Assembly: GCF_036321535.1 (NCBI RefSeq)
Contig: NC_087438.1
Coordinates: 5,644,001-5,708,000 of the forward strand
Origin: Camelus dromedarius
Lineage: Eukaryota
Direction of reading: 5' to 3'
DNA: 64,000 nt
Within the stretch, counting starts at the first letter, position 1. Each line of letters starts with the position of its first letter. The position numbers and the translations under genes were made by a program. Below, piece after piece: positions 12,796 to 25,914 of this stretch. Under the pieces are notes generated by a model. It did no database searches. It was not told the DNA's origin and saw only the letters and a program-made list of their open reading frames with translations.

Positions 12796-15139
12796 GCTTT
12801 CGTCTTCCATATTACCAGAAGATTCTTCTTATGAAAAACCAATTTTGACTTCTTTCACCCATTTCACAAATATTTGTTGTTCAAAGTCTTGGTTTCACAT
12901 ACCAGAGATACAGAGCAGAATGGGGTCTCTGACCTTAAAGAGTGTACAATGTAGGCAACACAACAACACAGGGCTCTCAAGCTTCCAGCCCCTCTCTTGT
13001 CCTAACTGCCAATTAATAACAAAGATATTTCCCAACAAATTTCCAAAGCTGGACTGAACATCAGAATCCCACTGAACACAGAATAACCACCAAATCATCA
13101 GATTACGGATGCTCCAGGAGAAACACATTGGTTAGCGTGGGTCCAGAGCTCATATATAAGCAGAGAGGCCTGGATAGTGAGGTGGTTTGCTAGCATGATC
13201 CACACATCTACACCTAAAGAAAAACATGGCAAAAATCATGAAAGAAAGTCTATATGTGCCCTCATGTGCACAGAGTAATGAAGAAGCTTGGTAGGTCTTA
13301 AGAATAGTATTCTGAGTCTCTGTAGATTTATGATCACCAAATCAATTCTAAACCCTCAACAGCAGTCAGATTTTACTGTTTCCAAACTGTGGGACTCCTT
13401 CAGATGCTTACTTTACGGACTCATTGATTTCACAGTGACTCAATATTTATCGCATTTACCTACATTTAGCTCAATGGGAAAATCCATGTGCGGCCAGATA
13501 ACATGCATCCAGTTTAGTTTTTACCACTCACTCACCCAATCTACTCTTTTCCCAAAAAAGTTGCTGAAAATCTAAGAGAACATAAAACGTTCAGTCATGT
13601 GCTTATTTAACCAAATTCAGAACGTTTGTATTTCTTTCGCTAATCGCTCTGCTTCTAGATGCCTAAGGACGGCCTCTTGAGCCTCCTGCTCTTTCTCAAA
13701 AGTGGTACTTCTTGCTTTTTTCAATGAAAAAAAATATATTTTACCGTATGAAACATGGTTGGGATCAATTAAACACAAATAAAAAAGTCAAGACTACATC
13801 TTATTTTTTATTGCTATCAATTGTAATATATTGTACATCTACCTGAACCCAAAAATGGGTCTAAATTATTATAGATTTCTGGGATCTTGCTTTAAACAAT
13901 AAAAGACAATATAAAATATTACCCTAAACTGCTTTATCTGGATAACTATGAGTTATTTTTCTTTTTTATTTACCTGGCTATTGCAAATAACTCTGCAGGA
14001 TTGGCCAGAATTCTTCCATATCAAAAATAAATGAAAACAAAATCTCAAGTACATCACTCTACTTCTTTCACAGCTTATCTTTTTAGGTTTTCAGTATATG
14101 CTGACAATTACAAACTTATGTTTACTTTTTTATTATTAATGAAAACAACAGAATGACAAGATTCTGTATCTGCTATGTAAAGGGTCAGTAAAAAACAAAC
14201 AGTAAGCAAAATGAAACAAACCTTTTAGCTCTGCTAATACCAGACAGGGTGTAATTTAAGACCTAAAAGAAAAAGCATAATATTTTATACTAATTAAAAT
14301 AATAATATTCCAAGAAGTTATATTAGTCATTACCTTTATTCAGTTAATAATACAGGATTAAAGTATTAAAGAAAAAAAATTGAGAGAAATACAAGGAAAA
14401 TTTGACAAAAGCATAGTATATCTATCTTGGAAACCCAGAGAATAAATTAAGTAAGCATATGCGCGTATGTGAGGGTTTATAAAACACTTTTATATGGCTA
14501 AGCAAATATCACATGTATTATTTTATATTTAGTAACTTGAGAACAAAGTCTGCTCACTTACACACGGATTGTTGAAAAAAATGATCATTTAACTTTCTTG
14601 AAATCCAAAAAGGCAGAAAACTCCACAGGCTGCCATCACTAGGTCGTAGTAGTAAAGCTTAAACATGGTAAAAAGATAGGAAAATAATATTCTGAAATTT
14701 ATGAACACTCGTTTCTAAACAGCTCTTTCTTAAGAGAGACTTTCAAATGAGAAATTATAAAATTACTTATAAACAAAAATTAGAATACTACTTTTCAAAA
14801 TCTGCAGAATGTTGTCAAGCAGAACACAGGGAACATTTACAATTGCAAACACACAATGCAAAACAGAAGGAAATGAAGAGAAGCTAGGGCAGCAAGATAA
14901 AAAGCTAGAACATAGCACTAAACAAAGCAAAAGACACTAAGCATTTTTTTGGTAGAAATTGATTTTAATTGTAAGTGGAAATTCAATGGGCCTAGGGGAA
15001 CTGAGGTGTTTTTGAACAAATAAAAATAAAATTGCAGTATTTAAACAAGTATCAAGACTTAATAAAAGGCAACAAGACAATATGGCATCAGTGTGGAAAT
15101 GGACAACCAGGCCAATAGAAGGGATAGAAATCAAGATCT

Positions 15140-15520
15140 CACACACATACACCTGCACACACACACACACACACCTGCAAACACACACTCACCTGCACAC
15201 ATATACACCTGCATACACACACACACCTGCACACACACACACACACCTGCATACACACACACATACTGCACACACACACCCCTGCACACACACATACACC
15301 TGCATACACACTCATATACCTGCACACACACATACACCTGCATACACACTCATATACCTGCACACACACACATCTGCACACAAGTACACCTGCATACACA
15401 CACACACCTGCACACACACATACACTGACACCCGCACACACATCTGCACACACACACACATATACATACATACACATGTACCACACACATACACACATAC
15501 ATTCATACATACATACACAC
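15140..15520. repeat. CA-rich minisatellite (CACACACCTG-type units, 38-bp higher-order repeat)
   Basis: Repeated ...cacacctgca...; exact tandem 38-mer tacacctgcatacacactcatatacctgcacacacaca at 15295-15332 and 15333-15370. Confidence 0.95.
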
Positions 15521-15723
15521 AAATGATTTATGACAAAGGTGACACTTGAGAGCAATCAGTGACAAATGATCTTTTCAATACATGGGTCCTTTCAATTGTA
15601 TCTCCATGTAGATTAAAAAAAGAAAGCATCTTGGCCTCTATATCATATCACAAAGAAAATCAGTTGTGAGTGACTTGTAAGTCTAAAAGTGAAAAGTGAA
15701 ATACTGAATCTTCTAGAAGATAA

Positions 15724-16271
15724 CGTTGGGGAAGAAAATTTTTCCTCTACCCTTCTAGGATTTTCTGGCTGGTCTAAGAATTAAACTGACATGAGACAGA
15801 TTAACAGGAGAAAATCAAACAAAAGTTTAATAATACTTATACATAAGAGAGACACAGAAAAACTGAGTAACTGGCCCAAATTGGTGAAACCCTCACCTTA
15901 AATATCATCTTCAGCTAAAGACAAAGAGGATGTTGTGGGTAGTGGTTTGGGACTTCAAAGGGGAGGAAGGCAATTCACATGGAGTTGGGAGAGCAAAGTT
16001 GTGATAAACAAATATTTGCTGGGCCATTCAGATACCCTGGGGCACAAAGTGAATGCTAATCTTTAGGCCCTGCCGGGAGTGCCCCCATGACACTTACCCT
16101 ATGCTCTTTGCAGATGCCTTTGGCCATAGCGCTACCCCAGAAACAAATTAGGCAATTATGGGGAAGGTCAATTTTTTTTTTCATGAGTGTTTTGGGCCTT
16201 AATTGTTTGCAGGTTAAAATAATCCACATGCCAAGGAGGCCTTTTGGGGTGGTGAGTTTTGCTCCCCTACA
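15724..16271 (-). mobile_element. ERV1-class solo LTR inserted in L1
   Basis: (C)GTTGGGGA...TCCCCTACA termini; perfect TSD ATAA; removing it restores L1 ctagaagataacatagg; similar to 35651-36118; strand inferred. Confidence 0.85.
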
Positions 16272-16514
16272 ATAACATAGGAAAATTTCCTTATAATTGT
16301 GGGCAGCTAAAAGATTTCTGAACAGGTCACAATGATCAGGTTATAAAATATAAAGATGTATAACATTCAAATTAAGGAGGTGTGGTATTAAAATATACCA
16401 TTAAGAGTGTAGAAAGGCACATTCAAGGTAGAGAAGACATTTGTCTTGTGTGTACTGGCCAAGAGCTGGTATCTCCAATGTATAATGATCTCCTATATGT
16501 CAATTTTCTCTGCT

Positions 16515-16850
16515 TGCATTTTATTTTGAAAAATTTCATATATCCAGCAAAGTTGAAATAATTTTCCAATGAATTCCATTAGAGCCTACACCCAGTTTCT
16601 TCCGTTAATGTTTTACTTCTTAATCGCACACCTGTTCATGTATCCACCTCTCTATCCTTCCTTCAAGCCACTTTTATGCACTTCAATGTAAATTGCAGAT
16701 ATCACTACACATTTTCCTAAGTACTGCCTGCTTATCATTAGCTGGATTTCAATATTTGTTTGCAGGTTTGTGTAAAATTTACATGCAATGAAATGCATAA
16801 ATCATAAGTGTATGTTTGCTGGATTTTAACAAATGCTTACATGTGAGAAA
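16515..16850 (-). mobile_element. Old L1M 3'UTR fragment(s)
   Basis: ttttattttgaaaaatttc...gcaaagttgaaa; gtaaaatttacatgcaatgaaatgcataaatcataagtgta, typical of antisense L1M 3' ends. Confidence 0.65.
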
Positions 16851-18810
16851 ACATTAATTTTACCCTATAGGATATTGAGACGCTGAAATTCATTGTGAGT
16901 GCAACAGCTTATATTAAGTCACAGGTAATTTCTCAAAGATGTAAAGAAAAGCCAGCAGACAAAGAAAGAGTCAATGTATGAGAAAAATTTAAATAGCAAT
17001 CCAACAGTGTTGTTTTTCCATCTGTTTCCATACTAGAATAATAAACTTAATGGTTTTTTAAAGTAGAATTCCATACGGAAAAGATAAAGTTATTAATTTA
17101 TTTATCAATTACTCAGTGTGTTTGGACAAGTATACTTAAAACTCAGGTTAATGAGTTTTAGCTAAACTACAACAGTTTTAGCTAAATTGAATTCCATAAA
17201 TCATAATTATAATACTAGCACAATAAAGCCATTGTTTGCGTATAGGAAATATATAATTACATTATTCTTCCTAAAGGTATACACAGTTTTCAGAATGCTA
17301 ACTCAGTTAAAGAATTCAGTTAATTTAATTATGCAATATGGGTTTAGTTTTGGGTACTCTATTTAATTTTTAAAGCATCCCTAATTAAAGTAGCACTACA
17401 AAAACGCCCAACACAATTTATCTTCAATAAGCAAACACCTTAAAAGTTATTTGTGTAACTTAAATACAACTGCTGGTAATTTAATAGCTGGCAAAAAAAC
17501 GCATTTCATCATTGTTCATACATGCTAATAAATAGATATCAAGGAACATAAGCCTCTTTCTAAAAAGTCAAAATTAATTTGGTCTCCATTTGTCATCTAA
17601 TCCTAGAGAAACAATGATCTCATGTTGCTTCTTGGAAAAATAATTTTATTGGCCTGGGCTCTAATGAAAGCAATTATTTACAAATGAGGTAACTGATTCC
17701 AAGTTCAATGGCTCATCTGAGAAATTTGCCATCAGTAAGTGTTTAAAAACAAACAAACAAAAAACTAATTTCCACTTTTCCTCCTGTAGCAGAGAATCAT
17801 TTAGTTTTGACCCAACTGAACCTACAGTTATTTTCTTCATCTGTTCAGACCAAATGGGCTGAGTCTACCCAACTGGACAAGGGTTCAGTCAACCCAGAGA
17901 TAACCAGACTGCAATTCATGTGGGCATCATTACTGCTAAATCTTTGTGATTTTGCTTCCTGTTTCTTTCTATGTACATTTTAATCTGCTTTACCATCCAG
18001 ACTTGAGATTTATTTTAAAAATAGCTTTAACTTTTGTAGGACTGCCATGGTATTGTGACCTTGAAACAGAGGATTAACAAACCAATTAGGTGCGACTAGA
18101 AGTATTTTTTTGGACAGCAAGGCTATTTTTAAGTCTATATTTAGACATACAAAATGATATTTAATATTGTGGTAGGGAGAGCAATATTGCCTTATTAGGA
18201 AAAAAATAATAGTGGCAGTTTTCAACAGAGAGAGGGAGGGAGAGAGCTCTTCCTTCCTGAAGCTGAGAAGCAGAGATTCCACCACTTTCTCACGGTTTTA
18301 CTCAAAACTTATAGACACATACAACTTGAGTAAAGAACAAGCCCAAGGGGCTTGGGGAAAGGAGGTCAAAGTTAAGGTCTTCATATTTCAACAGCCCGGA
18401 ACAAAAAAATCCCCCACATCATCATCTTCACCCTAATCAGCAAAAGCCGGGCGGTTAATCGTGGTGGGGATTTGGAGAGAATCCTGGGGGTCTCGTCATG
18501 AGGTCATTTTAAATGTCATCCTGGGAGAATTAAGAGTCTGTGTTATCAGCATCCATGAGCGTGAGATAATCAGGAAATGATGAGAAAAGATAAAGAAAAG
18601 CCAAGAATTGAAGACCTAAAGGAGGAGCGTGGGAATGTCCTCTGGAGGAAGAAATGATGTGAAAGACGGAGAAAAGTATCGACAAGCTTCCCACAGGCCA
18701 TCCAGCGACTGTGTCGTCTCGTTCGTTTCCAAGACTGTGATTTATTCTCCTGCTTTTCTTGGTCCCTCATTTTTTTCTGCACATTCTTTTCACAGCTTAG
18801 AGTGCTTATC

Positions 18811-19627
18811 TTTTTTCAGGTTTATTGAGGTATAACTGATGGATAAATTTGTAAGAAATTAGAAGTGCGCATCATGGTGCTTTGATATGCAAATACACTG
18901 TGAAAGATTCCTCCCATTTAGTTAATCAACACATCTGTCACCTCACATATTTATCTTTTTTGTTGTTTTTGTTGAGAACATTTAACTTCTACTCTCTTAG
19001 CAAATTTCAATTATATAGCAGAGTGTTATTAACTATAGTCACTATGTTACACGTTAGATCCTCTGACTTTATTCTTATTCATCTTATAGCTGAAAATGTA
19101 TACCCTTTGCCAACCTCTCCTTATTTCCCCCCACCTCCCAGCCCCAGCAACCACTTTTCTATTCTCATTGTGTTATATTTCTATGAGATTGGCTTCATTT
19201 AGCATAATGCCCTCAAGGTCCATCCATGTTGTTTCAAATGGCAGGATTTCCTTCCTTCTCATGGTTATTCCATTGTGTGTGTGTGTGTGTCTGTGTGTGT
19301 GTGGGTATGTGCGTGTGTGGGTATGTGCATGTGTGCACTCTATGCACATCTCTCTATATATATATTTCTATATCTAGGTCTATATCTATATCTCATTTTC
19401 TTTTCTTTATCCTTTTACTGATGGATGCTTAGGTTGCTTCCGCATCTTGGCTATTGTGAGTAATGCTGCAAAGAACTTAGGTGTGTGGATATTTCCTTGA
19501 GCTCCTGTTTTCATTTCCTTTAGAGATACACCCAGAAGTGGGATTCTGGATCTTATGGAAGTTCTATTTTATGAGGAACCTCCATGCTGTTTTCCATAGT
19601 GGCTGCACCAATTTACATTCCCACCAA
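18811..19627 (-). mobile_element. L1MA/L1MB-type 3' fragment
   Basis: tttattgaggtataactga...; catccatgttgtttcaaatggcaggatttcc; gttgcttccgcatcttggctattgtgagtaatgctgc; ttccatagtggctgcaccaatttacattcccacca. Confidence 0.9.
19275..19392. repeat. (TG)n/(TA)n microsatellite inside L1
   Basis: Expanded at the L1 attccattgtgt... site. Confidence 0.85.
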
Positions 19628-21656
19628 GAAAAGTTATTTTTTGACATTTCAACTTAAAATGATGGGTCGGTCAACAATAATAACAAAAAACAAAGTCCCC
19701 CCCACCCCACGGCTTACTTTGCATCTCTGGCTGTGGGGGGTCCTACGTGAGCTTCCTTGACCTTTCCCCTTGAGACCCCTGTGAAGGTCTAACATGGATC
19801 CAATACATTTTGTATCTCAAGAGAAATCAGTGTACCCACATTAATGAAAAGGAGGGCTTTGCAACTTGGTCTCAGGGTGGGAGAGTTGCCAATATGCCAG
19901 TGAGAGTGCTAACAAAGAGGCCAAAAGATGCAGACAGGCTGGATGCCTCCCATTTGGCACATCAGGTAGATGTGCCAACACAGAGACATTGATGGGAAAT
20001 GAACCACATAGGAGCTCCCAAATGCCCTGAATTGATTTAATGTCTCTGCTTTGTTGTAAGTAATAAAGGCACCATCTGAAAGAGAAAGAGCTATTGCCAA
20101 ATCTTCAAAAGGAAGAAAATGGCTTAAAAAACCAAACCTCTATTACAGGAGCACTTAGCTATGTGGAATCCTGCTTCAGAACCCGTGGCAGTTGGTGAGA
20201 TGGGTAATGAGTCTTATATTCTAATATAAAAATTGATTGTAACATTTCAGCAAAAATAATAATTGGTTATTTAAAAATAACTATTTTTCAAAGTTTTACA
20301 GACACTATATTCATAAAACAGTCAGTAAAACTTCCTGAACTACCTTTCCCTGGAAACTACTGTTCCCTGAAGTATTTATTGAGAAGATAAACACACAGTG
20401 TTTACCAGCTCCATTTTTTACGATGCTCTTGAAAACTAACCTTTTTATTTTCAATGGAAAAGAATTGTTTGATTGTTAACTAGTATGTACTCATAGCTAC
20501 CCTTTCCCATAATATTATAAGGAAAAAGCTTTTCGCTATGATAAGACTGACATTAGTCGGTACTTGTAAAGTCTCAATGGAATTACTTTGCTTTGGAGAT
20601 TTTATTTTTCAAGGTAAAGTAGCTTCAAATGTTACAAATGCTTTTCACCTTCCACAAAAACCTCCCAGCCCCAAGAACAAGAAACACCCATGCACACCAG
20701 GGTGTACCTGTAACTGTCTAGCAAAACCTCATCAGCAGGTATTTTTTTCACATCTCTATAAAGAAAGAGTTAGATTCTAGTTTGTCATTTTTTAATGTAA
20801 TTTACCAAGGGGGAAACTCTACAAGATGTAATGCTTTGTCTCCAGGTTTCTATTACCTCAACTTGATTTAAAATCCAGGCTCAACAGGATTAAGTGCATA
20901 GACCTGAGACAGCAGAGGTATATTTGCACACTCACTTAATCTTCAATTAAGATGACATCTTCCTTTAGTTGAAACCCCATTCAAACAACAGTGAGAGCAT
21001 TGTTCTAGGTGAAGAAGCAAAACCATATGTTGAATGCAATCATGGATAGATTGTATCAGTCTCAGAACATCAATATTATAAGGATTTTATAGAATATTGA
21101 TTGATTTAATGTGAGATACAATAAATCTTAGCAGAAAAGTCAGAAGTGATTAATAGTAGTTTAATGCTTTTTAGAATTTTTCTCTGCAAAAGTCTTTAAA
21201 CTAAAAATTGCACTTGGAGTACAGAACCTTAAGAATCTTTTAATGAATAGTTTTTACATAGAGTGTTGTGATGAGACTATCTTCATTCAGGGCTCTTGGG
21301 AATTATAATGCAAGAGTAGGAAATAGAGAGCAGATGAGCTGAACTGCAGTGAATTGTCTTCACTTGTAACATACTTTTTATGCTAAATAAGTAAGACATT
21401 TGATATCCAGAATTTCATGGGAAATAAAGGATGCTCCTAACAGGGTACACTTAAGCTGCCCACTGGTGACCCTAGAAGCCCTTAGCACTTTTTCTGTTTT
21501 CTGTTGAGCCAAAATATCATTCAGGATACAAATGGTCCTTGAGGTTAGGAGAAACAAGAGGAAGAGTGATGATGGGGTCCACCTACTCTAATTGGAAGAC
21601 TAATTTTTGAAGAGTAATTTTTGAAGCTAAAATATCACCAGCAAAACCCCTAATAC

Positions 21657-22011
21657 TGTCTAACATACTAAGATGCTAAAATCCACTCTCCCCTCTTGAG
21701 CACAGAGATGGACTGTTTCCCATACACCCTGCTGTTAGGTGTTGTCATGTGACCGGGTCCTCCCAATGGAATGTTGATGGAAATGATATGGGTCTACTGT
21801 CTTTAAGAAAACCTCCCATGCCAGGTTCTCCATCCTCCTACTCCTTCCAGCTGACTGGCATGGCAAGCCCACACACCCTTGGAAACCACACATTTAAAGT
21901 GGCAGAGCAGCTGGAGCTGCTGTCGTGCAAGCAAGAAATAAACTATTATTCTAGTCTTCACACTTTTGGTCCTTTATTGTAACGACAGTTTAGAATACCC
22001 TAGTGAATGCA
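21657..22011 (+). mobile_element. Old MaLR LTR (MLT1 family)
   Basis: gttaggtgttgtcatgtgacc...ccaatggaatgt...; caagaaataaact...ttattgtaac...ccctagtgaatgca. Confidence 0.65.
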
Positions 22012-22559
22012 GCAGATAATAAAAGTTCACTGAAATTGTAACAAGTCACGTTTGGTTTTGTTTAACCATTCCCAACTGGACTACAGGCAGCCAGGGTGAA
22101 GATCTTTAGCAGAAAGTCCTTCTTTCAAGAATCCAGACATTACTTCCAACTTCAGCTTCACGAATTCCCACAACTTATTCAGGTGAAGATTTATGATCTT
22201 TCCCTTCTACGTCTATGTCACTATTTGAATTTTCTCTAATGTCAGCATAAGAATTTTATAAACCACTAAACAGAGAAACTGAAAAGGGAAAGAGAATATC
22301 TCCAAAAATTGATGAAATAGCCTTGTTAGGGAACATGCGAATTATCAAGATGGCTCCCCCAAAACTTCCCTGAACACCAGATTTTTTTAGTTTATGTCCT
22401 TTTGGAGTTCTGAGCTAATTCAAATGAAAAAATATTGGAAATCTGTGGGAAAACATACCCTCTGGTTGTAATGAAAGAGGTTTGTCTTCTACAGGAAGCC
22501 AATTGCCTGGACCATGTTCTAGAGCCCACTGCTGTCCCTCTAAACAAAAACAACACACT

Positions 22560-24535
22560 ATTCTCTTTGTGTCTTCACTACTTCCCATTCCCTAATTTCT
22601 CCTCTGTTAGCTCGTCCCAATCTGCACAACTAAACTACACGAAAGAACGGTTTACACTTTCTGCGGCCATTTCTGCACTTTTGATTCCATCCTCAATTCA
22701 CTGCAGTCTGGCTCTGTTCCTCCTTCACAATGGAGCTGTTCTGGTCAGTCCTCCTATGACCCATGTGTCATTTTCCCTTTTGCAACCTCAGTTACATCAT
22801 CTTCCCTCTCTTCTGTGGATCTTGTGGCACCATCCTGTTGACTGAAAAAAATGCACAACCTAAAAGTTGAGAGTTATGTTTTAACTGGCAGACTTTCTGA
22901 GGACTTCAAGCCTGGGAGGCAGCCTCTCAGACAGACATAAGGGACTGCTTCTAAGAGATGAGGGAGGAGCCAGGATATATAAGAGTTTTGTAACAAAAAC
23001 CAGGTAGTCAGAACATAAAAAGATAAATGTTAATTAAAGAAAACTACGCATCTCAAGTTAATGAATTTAGTGCTTTTAAATGTGTAGGAAGATGCAAGAG
23101 TTTGGGCTCCTTGAAATCATTTCTTTGATGTGCACCTAGTTATCGAGGGCCGATCTCCTGTGCTTTCCCATCCTGAGTCCCCTCAGGGAGCACCGTTGGG
23201 GGTGCTGCATGGCTGACTGCTTGATGGTCGGCATCCTGTTTCCGTCCTGAGTTCCCTTCGGGCTCATTGTTGGGAGGTGGCTGTAATGACTGATGGCTTG
23301 ATGGCTGCAACATCCTTTGAATACTGATAGGGCAGGTGGCATTGTTAGTCCACAGTCCCTTCCTGGTCTTACACCTAACTTCCCTGTTTCTTCATTAGTC
23401 TCCTTTGCATCTTCCCCTCAACAGATGGTGTCATTCCAAAGGTTTTGATACTTGTCTTTATTCCTCTGTCTCTATCTGCTTTCTTTGTCTTATCTCAGGC
23501 AACTTTCTAGCTTTACCACACAACCGTCAAGTTTCCTCAAATGTCCACTGTCATGCAGACCAATATCGTGGGGGCCAGAAACTCATTCATTTTTCTACTG
23601 CACATCCTCATTCAAACTCAAACTGTTTGGCACTTGACTTAACATTTCCCCTCGTTACTGCTACCAACTCCCATCCCCTCCATCGTGGACTCTGATCTTC
23701 CTCCTACCTTACACTAACAATTTCCCTCTTGCCCAAGGTCAAGATTGAGACACACTCTTTCATCACTGAGCTCTTGAATTCTGCCATACTGCACAACTTC
23801 ATCAAGACTTTTATGCAGATATAATGGCAATGGCATCCTTGGATTGGCCAGTGCACAGCCTGCACAGCTGTGTGGGGTGGGCTGTTACCTTCCTTCTCCC
23901 TCATCATCAACATTCAATCACCAAATATGTTTAGCTCTGCTTCTGAAATAGCTCTTGCATCTCTCCATTTTCCTCATCCCATTCCTGGTGGAGTTTTTAG
24001 TCATCTTTGTCCTTGACTGTGGATCGAGCCCTCTGGCTTGTCTCCTGTGCTCATGCTGCCCCTCCAGTCTCTGCAGCCAGAGGGCCATTTGTAAACTCAA
24101 TCATGGGACTTAAACTCTTCAATGGCTCCCCCTGGCCCTGCAGAGAACAAGCAAAGGCTCTCAAGTCCTCCACATTCAGTCCCTCCTCCCTCATCCTCAC
24201 TGCTCTTCCTCCAGGGTCCTGTCTTGGTGACTTCCTTCACTTGTTCCAAAGATGCCAAGCTTTCTCACCCACAGCCTTTGCTGTGTCCTGTACCGTCTTT
24301 CCCACCCTCATTCTTCACCCATGGTTTAGGTCTCACCTTAAATATCCATTCATAAGGAATCCCTCCTGGGACCTCGGTCCAGCCTGAACTGGCTGGTCTG
24401 CTTACATTCCTCACTACATCATGACTGAGGGTTACAGTGATTAGTTTTCATTGTGTCTCCCAAGAAGACAGGGGGCTTCTTCACCAGCATAGCCCTGGCC
24501 TCTGGTAGGTACTTAAAACATCACTGCTAATTGGA
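22560..24535 (+). mobile_element. Degenerate L2 fragments interrupted by an LTR
   Basis: Pyrimidine-rich L2-like text (caatcaccaaatatgtttagctctgcttctgaaatagctcttgcatct; aaactcttcaatggctccc; tctcaccttaaatatcc; gtaggtacttaaaacat). Confidence 0.6.
22836..23354 (-). mobile_element. ERV1-class solo LTR (same family as 33832 and 51627)
   Basis: Starts tgttgactgaaaaaaatgcacaacctaaaagttgagagttatgtttta, the reverse complement of the 3' end of the other two copies; TSD ATCC/GTCC. Confidence 0.9.
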
Positions 24536-25597
24536 GAATTTCTATTATGCCCTTAGAATCTCAAATATATATGTTAAAAAACACAAAAATTTAAATTTGT
24601 TACCTTTTGCAATACTATGATTTCTGAGACAAGTTAGGTGTTTAAATTGTCTTTTCTCAGCTGGATTCTGAAAAGAACAAGTTTCTCAAGGGTAAATAAA
24701 AATAAAAAAGGCCCAGAGTTTTGAAAGTTAAATTTAATGACCTCCAAACTGAAATCTGCACTAAAAACAAGTGTTTTTGCTCAGGCAGTGAGTGGCGTGA
24801 CAGCTTTCCTGAGGAAGATGAAGTGGCTTCTTTTTTTATTCAAAATGTGCTTCTCACTGAAATCCTTAAAATTTAATTTCCATGTGGGAGGGGAACTACA
24901 TTAATAAGCGAAAAGACTCATCATTTACCAAGTCTGTGAATTTAGCAGAAATAGTCCAGAGACCTAACGCTGTGGGAAGACATACGGCATATTATCCTAT
25001 GCCTGTGTTGTTTTGTTTTGTTCTGCTCTGTTTTCTTATGTCCCAAGGGAATAGTTTATATTTTCCTATATTTCTTTTTCTCACTTCCCTTCATAAATTA
25101 TGCCCAGGATCTATAAATGACCAAATATAAAAGTGTGTCCTTGCTGAATACAGGCCCTGAAAGAAAAATACATTCCTACCTTAAAATGAAATGAAACACC
25201 TCTCCAAAGAGAATTCATTATTAGAAACTCTTGGATATTTATTTTGACATGCAATTGTTTGAACCAACACTGGAACCTATAAATCGTTTCTTGAAATGAC
25301 TAAATAGCTAAAAATGTTTGCATGCTTGTTTTTGGCTTCTGACTTTATTTTATCTTCTAGACTTTGATGAGGGTTTCTCAGATTCTTAGGTTAGAATTCT
25401 CCTGGTCATGGATTCTCCAGTGAAGACTACAGGTCCCTGGAAAGTAGGGACCGTCCCCAGCTGTGTCATTGCAGAGCCTGGATTCCCTCTTCCAGAAAAG
25501 GTCTATCAATTCTGTCAAAAAAGACATAGATGGCACTACTAGAAAGTATAGGAATCCTGAAAAATATGACATGAATTGTATGCATTGGGTTGACTGT

Positions 25598-25914
25598 ATG
25601 CTCCTGTACAAAAGAGATATGATGCAAACCACATGTGCAATTAAAATTTTTCTAGAACAAGTAGAACAAGGAAAACAAGACAGGTGGAATTCATTTTAAT
25701 AGTATGACATTTATTCCTATATATCCAGAATGTTATCATTTAAACATGTAATAACTTTAAGAAGCATAAATGAGATATTTTACATTTTTTTCTAAAAAAT
25801 CTTCACAATCCAGTGTATATTTTACACTGAAAGCTCATCTCAGTTTAGACTAGTCACACCTGAAATGCTCAATAGCCACATGTGAATAGTTGGTGCTATT
25901 TTGGAGAGAACAGG
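25598..25914. mobile_element. MER33-like hAT-Charlie DNA transposon
   Basis: atgagatattttacatt...aatccagtgtatattttacactgaaagctcatctcagtttagactagtcacacctgaaatgctcaatagccacatgtg matches the recalled MER33 consensus. Confidence 0.8.

Larger units (their letters stand above)
14150..16505 (+). mobile_element. Old, heavily deleted L1M ORF2 remnant hosting a minisatellite and an LTR
   Basis: Collinear L1 ORF2-like blocks: ctaataccagacagggtgtaatttaag (endonuclease region), caaatgatttatgacaaagg, cttctagaagataa|catagg, gagctggtatctccaatgtataatgatctccta. Confidence 0.75.

Noticed and set aside
15140..15520. CRISPR-like repeat/spacer array
   Set aside because: Eukaryotic context; units are low-complexity CA variants with no unique spacers
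15082..15555. His/Thr-rich and Val/Cys-rich ORFs of up to 155 aa
   Set aside because: Translation artefacts of the CA/TG minisatellite; the same applies to 2055-2414, 19226-19432 and 61199-61643
17154..17186. Short direct repeat agttttagctaaa x2
   Set aside because: Ordinary local slippage duplication with no further structure
18570..18730. Purine-rich stretch resembling a processed pseudogene or exon
   Set aside because: No sustained frame, polyA/TSD or recognisable protein
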